NCBI GenBank assembly: GCA_023515725.1
Contig: JALDTO010000208.1
Location: 373,868 to 437,867, forward strand
Length of the DNA: 64,000 nt
Source: Amoeboaphelidium protococcarum X5
Lineage: Eukaryota > Fungi > Aphelidiomycota
Direction: 5' to 3'
Below are positions 52,934 through 64,000 of the stretch, piece by piece. The notes beneath the pieces are model-generated. The model did not search any database. It was given only the letters and a program-made list of their open reading frames with translations, and was not told the DNA's origin. Position 1 is the stretch's first letter, and every line of letters starts with the position of its first letter. The position numbers and the translations under genes were made by a program.

Positions 52934-53645
52934 ATGGAGCAGAATCTACTAACTGTTAAAGAGGTTCAAGTGTTTAGAATTCCTCCTCGAACTACCAATA
53001 GAGGCTACAAGTATTCTTTAATTACATCACAAGATCTTCCAATTATAATCATACTAATTTTAATAGTGAAGAGCGTCGGAATGGGATGTTAATTAGCATT
53101 TATGGTCTGGCTCGCTGAGAGTGGTTCAAGACGGCGGAGCTTGTTATATCAAGTTGGAAGACCCAGCTACAGGACAGCTATTTGCTTAGACAAAGTACGA
53201 TGCCTAAAACACAGCCGCTGTTGAACCAGTTGCAGACTCTTCAAGATATTTTGTTCTCAGAATTGATGATGCATCTACTGGTATTAATCTTTAGACTATC
53301 TGTGGGTAGATTATGCAATCCAAAATTTTCATTATGCAATAGTATAGGGAGACATGCGTTTGTCGGATTGGGATTTCAGGAGAGAAATGATTCTTTTGAC
53401 TTTAACGTGGTGTTGCAAGATTCTTTAAAGTAAGACTATCATTGCCTACGTAAAATCTAATTACGTTTAACTTCAAATGATTGTGGTGTAGACATGTGCA
53501 TTTAAACAATGCAATTCTATCATCATCAAAAGCATAAAATACACCAACGCAACAAACCGAAAAAGTTGACTTTAGCCTCAAACAGGGTCAGAAGATTAGC
53601 GTAAACATCAAGGGACTCAAGAAGAAGGGAGATGGTGCGTTATGA
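52934..53645 (+). CDS. NECAP: NECAP (adaptin ear-binding, DUF1681), several introns; 3' end uncertain
   Basis: VFRIPPRTTNRGYKASEW, IKLEDPATGQLFAQ, VEPVADSSRYFVLRI, HAFVGLGFQERNDSFDFNVVLQD. Confidence 0.88.
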
Positions 53646-53894
53646 TTAATTGTTAAAGGATGATTTTTGCTTTATCAGTGTTGTTGTTCTTGAAACGAGT
53701 ATTGATTGGGTCGCGCTTTTGGTCAACCCAAAGCGATGACGATGAGGAGATCTGCCGCAATGAAACGATGCGCGTCATTTTCGGTGCATTTTCATGATCG
53801 TCACGCGCTCTGACCGATTATAAATCTCATTCTTTCTCTCTTTAGACATCTCGCCTTATAAGCAGTAATATAGTAAGTAATACAGTGTAGACTA

Positions 53895-55577
53895 ATGATA
53901 CCCGCTAGATAGGTGATAAAAGGTGTGCGCGGACGTATTCACAATGCGTATAGGCCTGTGAATTAACAAAGACTTTGGAGTTAGAGTGCGCAAAATGCAT
54001 CTGCATCGGATGATAGTAGAAAGCAGTCGCTGCGTGGACCCCAAGATTCTTCAGGTGTATCCGCGTCTATATAGTAGAGAGTTAAGACTGAAAATAATTG
54101 GAATAATAACAATCGTGTCAGAGACTTGTTAGACACAACACCAATTAGTAATTCATCGCAGGTGAACAAGTTGAAAAAGTGTATCAATGCAAAGAATATC
54201 GCCGCTGCCATAGATGCGTATCAAGAAGTCAGATGCATTCCCGGTGGTGTAATGGTGTGGACTGAGCAAACGATCTCTGTTATCTAAGACTACCTGAAAC
54301 TGTTAGTTAGAAGTAATGGCAGTGTTGATAATTACAAGATTCAGAATTGTGTCGACGAAGCGTTCAATGATATTGTCAAGCATTACCCACTGAATGATCA
54401 GAGTCGCCATAACGCGTCCCTCTTCTCAATGCTCATTCATTATTACGTCACCATGGGTCGTTACTAGAAGGCATTACAGGTGAAGAATATGATGTAGGTG
54501 AGAGGTATCCAGGATAATGTAGAGTCTTTCGTATCAATGATTGTGTGTTATCATAAGCTGGGCGACTATGAACAGTGTATTAAAGCATATCAGATGGCGC
54601 AGAGGAAATGTCGCGACTTGAATTACTCTAGACACCTGGCTGATCGTACAATGATGAGAGTATATGCTTCTATGGGTGATTACTCCGAATCTCGCCGCAT
54701 ACGTGATCGGTTGTTGAATGGGTGTTCTCACGCTGGCGGTTAATAATCATAGCTGGATAGAAATTCTGTCGTACTGAGCTACTTGGATGCGTGCGCGGAT
54801 GGCAAGAATATGGAAGAGTTTGATCACTGTGTGAATTCACTGCTGTTGGCCGAGGATTAGAACATTGACCACCAAGACTCCAAGGTGACCAATCATTTGA
54901 TTATAAATTATGGAAAGTTGAATAGATTTTAGGATGCGATCTCTCATATTAAATAATCCATGAAGATACCTGGTAGTAATACTGCAAGTTCGTTCTTAGT
55001 TCAAGATATCGATGGAATTAATAATTTTGGTTTATAGAATTTATCAATTGGTGTTGGCGTGTTAACGTAAAGATCTTTAAAAAGTTTATAGTCTCATCCC
55101 AGAACTATGGAAGATGTACTAAGAATAGCCAAGTCATATGCTGAATAATAGGTCCATCCATCCACATATTCTGATCTATTATTCGAATTAGCCAAGACTA
55201 AGAATGTATCAGATAGTGAACGTTGTCAGTTTGTAGATTAGATTTTCAACTGCTACAAGGTGTCAATTCTGTAGAGATATGATCAACTCCGGGAAAGGGC
55301 AATCTCTATGGCTGCCATCTAAAATCTTGCATTCGCCAAAGTTGTCGGGTTTCATCAATTGAGAGTGCCAACTGCTGAGCTATATAACACCATGGTGAGA
55401 AATTAGTCTGTTTTCATCGCTGCTGCCAGCGTATATCATTAGACTGGATATTCTGATAAAGCGTTTGAAGTATTACAAACTGGCGCGTCTTATCGCAAGT
55501 TTAAACCATCCCAATTATGCCACGTTTTTGGATCTAATTACGCGTCTATCGCATCATTAAATGAGTTGATAGAATGA
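53895..55577 (+). CDS. Pentatricopeptide-repeat protein, probably mitochondrial (560 aa)
   Basis: Basic N-terminus; PPR-like units FSMLIHYYVTMGRYQKALQVKNMMQVRGI and FVSMIVCYHKLGDYEQCIKAYQMA. Confidence 0.78.
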
Positions 55578-55676
55578 ACATTAATCATATTATATTCTAT
55601 ACATTTCCTTATATCAGTTTTTTTGAGACTCTGCTTGATCTCTTCCCTTCCTCGACTCTTTATCATTCCTCCATTG

Positions 55677-55697
55677 CTCTCTCTCTCTCTCTCTCTC
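55677..55697. repeat. (CT)n microsatellite just upstream of PRCC
   Basis: About 10 perfect CT units. Confidence 0.9.
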
Positions 55698-55715
55698 CAT
55701 CACGATTAGTTCGCA

Positions 55716-56600
55716 ATGAATTAAAACCTGATTAACGAAAGCCTTCTGCGGAATAGAAATAAGAATAGTAATAAAAATGCTACATAATAATAATAAAGCA
55801 AATTTGATAATAAAGTGAATTCAAAGGATATACTACGATTGCGATCTTATAATTCTAGTCAAGTTGAGCAATCATCAACGCTGAATTCGTCTTCTTAAAA
55901 TGTCAATCTCTAATCTGCTAATGTGCCTAATAAAAAGTTTTCGCTTCAACTTCCAGAGCCTGTGAATATGGTGAAAGATGATTAGACGGACTCTGGTAAT
56001 GATTTAGTTGATGGGGATGATGATGGCGGTGGTGGAGATTAACTAGAGACTGTGGACAAAGCGTTCGGTGCTGAAGCGGATCAAGATACGGCTCAGTAGT
56101 AGATTATTCCTCAATTATCTGGTGATGGTATTGATTAACTCCTAGATGATATTGATGTTGCTGAATAGTTAGTCTCTTAAAATGACAGCGATGGATATTC
56201 TGATGAAGACGGTGTCACTGGAGATTATCCTATCGATTAAAGTGACAGCGATGAACTCCTGCAGTAAGACTATGATCTGCCGCATATGCCAGGTGATAAA
56301 ATTCCAGCGAAAGACAATTAGATTAAAGAGATCAATCTGACTGATTTGGTAAGTAGGGCAGATGCCATCAGCGGTAAGCGGACTAGAGAGATTGAGATGT
56401 AAAAGTATTAGTCGCAGCAGTAGCAACAAGCAGGTAAGAGGCCAAAGTAAAGTGGATTTGATGTTACTGCGAATTAGATAAGGAAGCACAACATTCAATA
56501 CCTTGCTCATTAGGCTGTTCTTAATGAGGAAGAGTTGAATAGACGGTTTAGAGAATAACGATAGAAGAAGGCTAGAGGTCGATCAAAGTATGGCTATTGA
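55716..56600 (+). CDS. PRCC: PRCC-family protein (294 aa)
   Basis: C-terminal QIRKHNIQYLAHQAVLNEEELNRRF...GRSKYGY; poly-Q encoded by TAA x4. Confidence 0.85.
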
Positions 56601-56946
56601 TAATTAAGATTTTCGTATCAGGTACCTTCAGAGTCTAGCAACCTTGTGCTTTATGCTTTATTGTCTGGTGCATTACTTTGTGTATAAAATTATTGACTGT
56701 CGCTTCGTGTCTTGTATTAGTCCACCCAGTTATTGAATAAGTCGTTTTTGTCACACTGTCTATGATTGCAGATAATAATGTAGTAAGCGTTTGTCAGAAT
56801 TTTATAATAGATGATAAAAGAACTTGTTCTCTATTTAGCACAATGAATATTCATATTACCGAGATTGTTGAAATAATGCTATATTTTTGATTTATTCATT
56901 CATTTAAACCATCACATTGGATTCAATATACAGTTAGTTTGAATCT

Positions 56947-58623
56947 TCACTTACTATTAGTTTTAGGTGCAGATGCTGGTTTCGGAGCTGGCGCTTTAGG
57001 AGTTGTCACCTTAGGAGCTGGCACCGTAGGAGCTGGCACCTTAGGAGCTGGTACCTTAGCGGGTTAGGAAGTTGGCAACTTAGCAGATTAAGGAGTCGGC
57101 GCCTTCACAGCAGGTTTTTTATCTGATTTAAGTGCAGGCTAACCAGCTGGTTGTGCAGGATTTAAGCCAGCATTTGCTTGCTTAATGTCCGAAGCACCAG
57201 GAACAGGTACATTCGTGTTAGACCCAGTATTCCCATTGACTTATTACTATGCAGCTTGTGTAGGCACCCCGCTTAATGATGCACCAGCGCTAACTGGAGC
57301 AGCGGGTTAGGATACAAGAGCTTGAGGATTGGTTGCTGCCTCAGGTGGAGAAGCCATTTCACCGGATGGAGCAGGGACAGCAGCATTAGCTGGTGGAGTA
57401 TCAGTCACCGCAGCACCATCTCCAGAAGCTGCAGTATCCGGTTTCGCTGATTTGACAGGTACATCAGATGATGCTGGCTATCCAGACGACTATTCAGAAA
57501 CAGGTGGCTGACCAGCAGCAGCGGCTCCTTCAGCTGGTTTATCGGCCGGTGATGGAGTGCCCGGGACTTCTTACCCAGTTTACTGAGATGGGCCATTTGC
57601 AGATGGATTATCAGCAGGCTATGCAGTAGGAGCTGGTGCAGCAGCTTCGGTTGGGAAAAGCTTCGGATTTTAATCCTTTACTTTTTAAATGACTGCCTCC
57701 TCCACCTTACCACGTTCATCATTTAGACTTTTGAGGCTGCTTATTTATTCATCACTCCAGCCTTCCTTCTTCAGCGTGGCATCGTCTTTCAGAGCATAAT
57801 AAGCACCACCGTCAAAGTTGTCAAAAGCATCAGCCAATGGACGATCACCCAAACGCTCTGACGAGACTCGCTGGTTAAACGCCTGTATTTCAGGGCTTTC
57901 CTAACGCGCATCTGCAATAGCATTAAACTAATCCGCAGTCATTCCACCATCAGACGATGGTTCTTCAGCGGTTCCAGAGGCAGCAACCGGGCTGCCAGCA
58001 GCTCCACCATCTGCAGGCGGTGGTGTCCCAGAAGCAGCTTACTAGGCAGGGCCATTTGCAGATGGATTTCCTACAGGATTTGATTACGGAGGACCTTCGG
58101 CTGGGAAAAGCTCAGGATTTCTGTCCATTAAATCAATAATTACTGCTGACTCAGCCTACTAGTAGTCTTGGTCCATTTTTTGGAGACTTCCTACCTATTC
58201 ATCACTCCAGCCTTCTTGTTTAAGCGTGGCAGCATCTTTCAGACCAGCAGGCTCACCAAATTCATCGAAATTAAAAGCATCCGCCACGAGACGATCACCC
58301 AAGCTGCCTGCTACGATTTGATTAGTGGCCCCCTGCAGTTGGTTGCTCTGCACACGAGCATCGGTAATAGCATCATACTATTCTTAACTCATTGTCCCAG
58401 TCTCCCCAGATTCTCCGCTTTAATCTGCAGCGGACCAATCAAAGAGCCAAGGCGCAACGAATTCCGGGGGTAGTTCAGCCATAAGATCAGGACGGATGCC
58501 ACGAATTATGAGTCCATCATCAGATTGACGCTTGAACAGAGCTTAGGAGGGGCCAGTTTGCAGTTGCAGTGGGACGGACGTTACTAATGTTGCGCAAACG
58601 ATATAAAAAATAGAGGCTTTCAT
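56947..58623 (-). CDS. Secreted protein: signal peptide, LFKR dibasic site, two ~100-aa repeats, Pro/Ala-rich tail (558 aa)
   Basis: MKASIFYIVCATLVTSVP...LFKR; duplicated LGDR..ADAF...LKD.ATLK.EGWSDEQ...NP.LFP.E. Confidence 0.85.
56984..57058 (-). repeat. 15-bp coding tandem repeat (KVPAP-like x5)
   Basis: AAG GTA CCA GCT CCT / AAG GTG CCA GCT CCT / ACG GTG CCA GCT CCT / AAG GTG ACA ACT CCT / AAA GCG CCA GCT CCG. Confidence 0.85.
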
Positions 58624-58704
58624 TTAGTGATATGATTAATTGCTTTAGATATTAGAAGTATTTTTGTTTTAATTGTGGAGAGAAGGCAATGCAGATTCTA
58701 ATCC

Positions 58705-58931
58705 GCTTTTATACGGTGACACTTAGGTGATTCCTGTGACCATTGTGTTCATTGTGACCGTCCAATCTCATTTGGAGTCGACTACAATAACCAATAAGAT
58801 GAGTGATAAATGTAACCTAATCAGGGTATGAAGATTCTAATTGGCGATGTAACACATCTATAGTGGTATCATTACACAATCGATCGTGTAACCTCAATCA
58901 ACATGTAACATTGACTAACTTGAGCAGTGAC
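58705..58931 (-). promoter_or_regulatory. TATA box plus cluster of eight co-oriented GTRAC motifs upstream of the secreted repeat protein
   Basis: TATAAAAG on the minus strand at ~58706-58713; NGTRAC at 58715, 58735, 58753, 58811, 58848, 58887, 58904 and 58926. Confidence 0.5.
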
Positions 58932-59378
58932 AAAAGAAAATGTATACTATAAGATATACAGGATATTGGAGAAATATAACACGTTAATAGAAAATGCCTT
59001 TTCGTCGTTGTATATTTAAAGTTATATCAACTTGAAGTGCTTATGACGGATAAGCCATAGCCATTTCTGGTATTCGTAACGCGTTTGCTTTCAAAGCTAC
59101 ATTGTATATCAGTAATGATGGGTGGGCTTATAGTAATTTCTTGTTTCAATTCATGATTTATCTTATATAATGGCGTACATGACGTGCTGATGAAAAACGT
59201 AGAAATTGTATACCTCATAGCAATGAAGAGATAAACAATCTTGAAGTAAGCACAAGTAGAAAGTAGACAGACATACTGTGTCTCTGTGGGCACAATCTCA
59301 ACGCGTCGATAATCATTAGCCATTAATAGAATTCATTATTAAAGCTTTTCATATACATTATTCAATCAAGTTAGTCAG

Positions 59379-61364
59379 TCATTCAAACTTAATCTTCAAA
59401 TCTTTCGCTACTAAAGAGGCACAAATAGAGTGATACGACGCGGATTTTAGCGTCTTAATAGCCAATTTACGTCCAGCCTCTCCACAGCGATCAAGGGCTC
59501 TCATTAAAGGACGTACAAACTTCATTCGTCCATACATGAGCAAAAATTTCTCCACACCACCAAATACCACGGTCCACTAAGCATTAAGACAAAGCATGTA
59601 CCATCTGAATCTAATCTCGCTATTTCTCATCAATGGCCACTTGTCAAAGTCAATTTCAGTATCAGTACTTAGTCCCAATTTGGCCATCATGGCCTCAAGA
59701 GTCTTGATTGTCAACGGGCTTTGAGCATCCAGTAACTATTCCAAAAAGTAGACAAACTGCCAACGGTTCCATTCGGAAACATCAAGCATATTATCATCAT
59801 TATTCCTGCCGTCAGTTTAGCTGTAACTAATCCAGTAATCACACAACTTTTAGCAATCATCAGCGAATTTGCTGCGGTATGGACAATCCTGCAATGGCAT
59901 GCCGGTGCCATTCAACCAACTACCCCAGTTGATTCCATCCAAAGCCTTAGTCTTCTCTGGTTTATTCAATTGTTAGACAAACTTGTATAGATGATCTTTC
60001 CATATCTGGGTATCGATGGCTTACTTTGCAAAACTTTTAAAGTAGTCCTTCATGTACAGATCAAACGTCTCAAGTCCCACTTTCTATTCAATGTGATACA
60101 ACAAGGCGAATCCCTTCTCATACGGCACTGAGCTGAAGGCATCGTCCGGATCAACTCCATGAAGATTATTCACAAGCTTTGTCAATTGCGAATTTCCAGA
60201 TTTCTCCATCTACTTGCAAGACTCTTTGAGCGCACGCCATCCAATAAGAGCAGAAAATTGGCGGATATCTTCATCTAATCTACCATCATCATTATCAGAG
60301 GAGGAAGACTTGAAAGCCAAGACGCGTCTTTCCAAATACACACACCATCCCTCATTCAACCAGAAATGCTCCCAAGAACTACAACCGACTAGATTGCCAG
60401 CCCAAGAGTGTGATATCTCATGAGCGACAACATCAACCAAAGATCTATCCCCGGCTACAATAGAATTGGTCAGAAAGGTCAACTGAGTATTTTCCATACC
60501 ACCATACGGAAAACTAGGTGGCAGGACGACAATATCCAAATTACTCCAAGCATATTGTACACCAGTTAAGATTTACGCGCGCTCTAAATACTTTTAAGAC
60601 TCTGCAAACTCGTGAGCACACTATTTAATCATTGAAGGCTCTGACCACACCTTTGAATGAGATGAATACGGCATACTTGTGACACCGCCAACCAGCAATG
60701 CTATTAAGTACGAAGGTATTGGAACTTTCTACTCAAACATGAACTTGCCATCAATCTATGATAAGTTTGAAGCACTCATCAGTGCAGTTAAACCAGTAGC
60801 CGGCTATATCCCACTTGATTTAACCATCACCTATGCCGTCCAGGTAAACTTCACTGCCGGAGTGTCAAAGCACGGGAGAAGAGAGCGACAGTGAATGGCC
60901 TAACATTGAGTAAACATGTATGGATGAGTCTTATCAGCAGTCTACTCTTTATCAAGCCATTGGATTGCAGTTGTCGTAGGGGATTCAATTCCGGATTACG
61001 GAGCGACAGTATGATACTCTATGAGAACATTCAAGCATTCACCTTGGCGCAATGGCTACTCTAGAAGAATCTTTAGCGGTGCAGAGAAATGGGTCTTGCT
61101 ATAGTCAGAATGGACAAATTTAAGAGGTTAGACATCAGCTCTATTGATACCAGAAGCATCGGAATTCTCTACATTCTGTAATGATACGCTTTTGATATAC
61201 AGCTGGTTAGTGTCCAATATTACTTAATGCACTTCAGCGGCAGAGACTATGAACTTGTACTGAACACTTCCAGATATCTACTTGGCATCAAAATCGACGA
61301 GCCAAATAATATCAAGATGTGCCAACTTAAGTTGATTGTAATTACTACAAGTATTTGGATCCAT
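59379..61364 (-). CDS. LTA4H: Leukotriene A4 hydrolase-like M1 aminopeptidase (661 aa)
   Basis: [13 protein letters not shown](TAG=Q)[46 protein letters not shown]. Confidence 0.96.
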
Positions 61365-62092
61365 TAAATACCAGTATATATTCAGTATCAAGTTGAGCTG
61401 TATCAGTCAATTTTCCAACCAAGTAAGTGTACACAATAGAATACGTTCAGAGTAAAAATAAACGAATTAACAGGAAAATGAAACTAGAGAAATAACGTGT
61501 TTAAAACGGACGAAACAATTCTTTAGTGAAGTTTTAAGTCAAGAAGGTGGCATTGAGATGTGCGTTGAGGAATTACAGTAGAGTGTGAAAACAACAGGTC
61601 TTACGCTCAACAAGTGACGAGTCTTGGTGTTAAGCTTCTCATCATTCAGTGATCTCGATATGCACATAGGCGGTTAAATCGAGTCTCAATTTGATGCTAA
61701 CTAACGCTGTTGAACAAAAAGTCCGAAGATAAGTCATTGATAAATACTCTTAGTCTATCCACCAAATAGCGACAGTTCGCGATGTTTTTGATGTATGTAA
61801 GTCATCAGATGGAATACGATGCATTTGTATCTGTGGGTGTCATCGATCAATGACTCGTGTTGGATGAATAGAATGCGCACTTGAAACAGCACATTCTTTA
61901 ATAGAAGTAGGCTATCTTAACACTAAGATACTTCACCTGTCGCACGCGTCTTGCAACTTGCGCGCCCGATCAAGACGCGTTATCATTTGTGTTGCATCAA
62001 GACGGCGTTACAGTGCATGATTAATCAAAGTATCGCAGCTAATTCATTACACAAGATACAGAATATCTAAAATTTCATATCTTTATTAAATT

Positions 62093-62368
62093 TCATTATT
62101 CATCTTTTTACTAGCCTTATTAATCCAAAAACTCTGTGATTGCGTATTGCTTTTAAACAAAATCGCTAGCATTAGCAAATTCTTGGTCTTGATTTCTCAT
62201 TTGGTTGATTATCGCATTTAGACCATCAGCAATTTGATTCGGACTCAGACGCACAACCTCAGCTATTTATCTAACCTCGACACCATTCGCTTAAAACAAT
62301 ACTTGCTTAGAAGCCATTGCTATAGAGCCAGTAAATGAGAGCAGCGCTATAAAAAATTTAGACTTCAT
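62093..62368 (-). CDS. Small secreted protein (91 aa)
   Basis: MKSKFFIALLSFTGSIAMA signal peptide; open to TGA in code 6; absent from the supplied ORF track. Confidence 0.7.
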
Positions 62369-62538
62369 CGTTTGATCGGAAAATTTATTTGGGAAATAGA
62401 GGCCATTTGATCACGAAGCGATTGCGGATGCTACATGAAAGTGATTGATGTAACTTCGGAGCTGGTCAGGCGTATGATGGTTTTGTAACGAGGATGATAC
62501 ACTGCTGACCTTTTGTCTGCTAATTATAAATTAAATAA

Positions 62539-64000
62539 ATGATCATGAATCTTATATTGCTTATATTACTCTGCTTGTATTGTTGTAATGCGCGTGAAAC
62601 ATTTCTGTCAAATCTGCTGTCTTGCACTGCTCACAGCCCGCTTGAAGGCCCTGCTGCATGGACAGTCTGCGCTATTCTGCCTGCTAAAGCTCAAGGACAA
62701 TTGCGTCAGTTTGAGGGTGAAGTGAAGGATTCTGTCTTGAATCTATTAAACTTTACGCGTCATCATAATGTCATCAATGTCGTATACCAAACTGCGCTGG
62801 CTGCAAGAAGAGGAGAAGCTTTGACTTACACAGTAAATGAGCTGCACACTCAAGGCGAATTCATCGCGGGTGCTGGTAAACAAGTGGCCAATGATATTAT
62901 TTCAACAGGAAAGTTGGTTGTTACACCTGCTTACTTGTATGATCGCTGGCTCCTGTGTCATTCCAAACACGTTCAATAAAGCAAAGCTGATCGATTCCTA
63001 AAATGCTAGAAAGAGTTTAAAGACGTGCTTTCTGACTGGTTTTAAGATGTCAAAGGATTGAAGCCGACATCTGATACTTAACGAGCCGGTTCAACTGCCG
63101 CCATAATCGGCTAATTGGCAATTCCTCTGTTGGGTGAAGGCGCCGTGGAGTAACAAGCCGCCAAAGCCGCTAGCCGATCTGTTGGCAGCGTGCTGAAAGA
63201 TGTTGAGGCCATTAAATCTGCTACATCTGCAAAGGATGTGTCATTGACTTTGCCTGTCAAAGATGGACTGGTTGAAGTCAAACCAAATCTTGGTTCCCGT
63301 CTTGAGCCTAAAGAAGGTACTTTCAGTGATACGGATGACGTGTATTCAATGAAAAAGAGTCTAGAGGATCCTGATTTCTGGCTCAAAAACTGTGGGTCTT
63401 GTTCTACTGGTGGTCAATTGAGAAAACGCGGCCGTAGCTAAGCAGCTGGAAGTAAAATCTGCTGTGTACCAGCAACTACAGGGAAAAGAGGGCGAAGATC
63501 ATCGTCAGACTCGTCAAGCTCTACTGTTAAAGTTGATGACGCCGCCGCCCAAGATGGAATCAACTCAAAACCGAAAATTGGATAACAAGTGCTGGTCCAA
63601 GCTTAACGCACTCTGACAAAGTTGAGACGCGACAGAATGCTTTTGGAGAAGGATCCAACTGCGTTCCATAATGCAGCTGATAAATAGCTTTATATGAAAT
63701 TGGATAAGCTGAAACAAAATAGGTTGTAGTGGAGCGTATTAGATAGCTGGTATAAATCTAATCCAGGCATGTTTCAACTATTTAAGCAAGACTAACGTTT
63801 ATTTACGGCGTGGTCGATGTATATCGGTAATAACATTAGGACTGCGGAGATCATAAAGTTACTTGATACTTTACCTGCGTATGGTGGTAGACAAGGGAGT
63901 CCCTTCTTTCGATACTCTGCGCTTCCTGATTCTTTGGTCAATTCGTTGCAGACTGGCGAATCTGTGGCTCTGGAAAAATTTACTAAAGACGGGATTTCAG
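62539..64000 (+). CDS. Secreted multidomain protein, candidate toxin/effector with ART-like C-terminal segment (3' truncated, >487 aa)
   Basis: Signal peptide; open in code 6 to the window end; CGSC...LRKR...CC...KRGRR linker; LLDTLPAYGG...FFRYSALP...SLQTGE. Confidence 0.75.

Noticed and set aside
59027-59323. 98-aa minus-strand ORF downstream of LTA4H
   Set aside because: No motif, and the length is unremarkable; cannot be supported.
61480-62060. Fragmentary coding-like sequence with faint chaperonin-like feel
   Set aside because: Several TGAs in the plus-strand frames examined and no convincing motif; needs a tBLASTn search.

Overview
Compact, gene-dense eukaryotic nuclear DNA with about 38 protein genes, few short GT-AG introns, two tRNAs and one truncated transposon. 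It only reads correctly in genetic code 6 (TAA/TAG = Gln, TGA the sole stop), so the supplied ORF track is fragmented. Re-translated by hand, genes run ATG to TGA in frame, and TAR codons sit at conserved Gln positions (ARL1 WDLGGQ, ABC LSGGQKQR, RPS20 IVKQIT, CKS1 LGIQQS, LTA4H FTQCQAIH). Gene content is fungal/opisthokont-like (AreA-type GATA with DUF1752, Abp1, Pho8, Mex67, Reb1-like) and includes genes absent from budding yeast (ZFPL1, DENND2-like, NECAP, ABCB8, PRCC). This fits an aphelid such as Amoeboaphelidium protococcarum, which is known to use UAR=Gln (inference). Best leads: (1) a secreted, dibasic-site/Cys-linked protein with a C-terminal ADP-ribosyltransferase-like segment, divergently paired with a small secreted protein, next to a secreted repeat protein whose promoter shares a TGTRAC motif; (2) an H/ACA snoRNA-like RNA inside an unusually long intron of the Reb1/TTF1-like gene; (3) a bacterial-type FHA-GAF-adenylyl cyclase adjacent to a secreted GH36 alpha-galactosidase; (4) EXO1 overlapping a convergent DENN gene, which raises the question of whether terminal TAA can still terminate. 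All coordinates were derived by eye.
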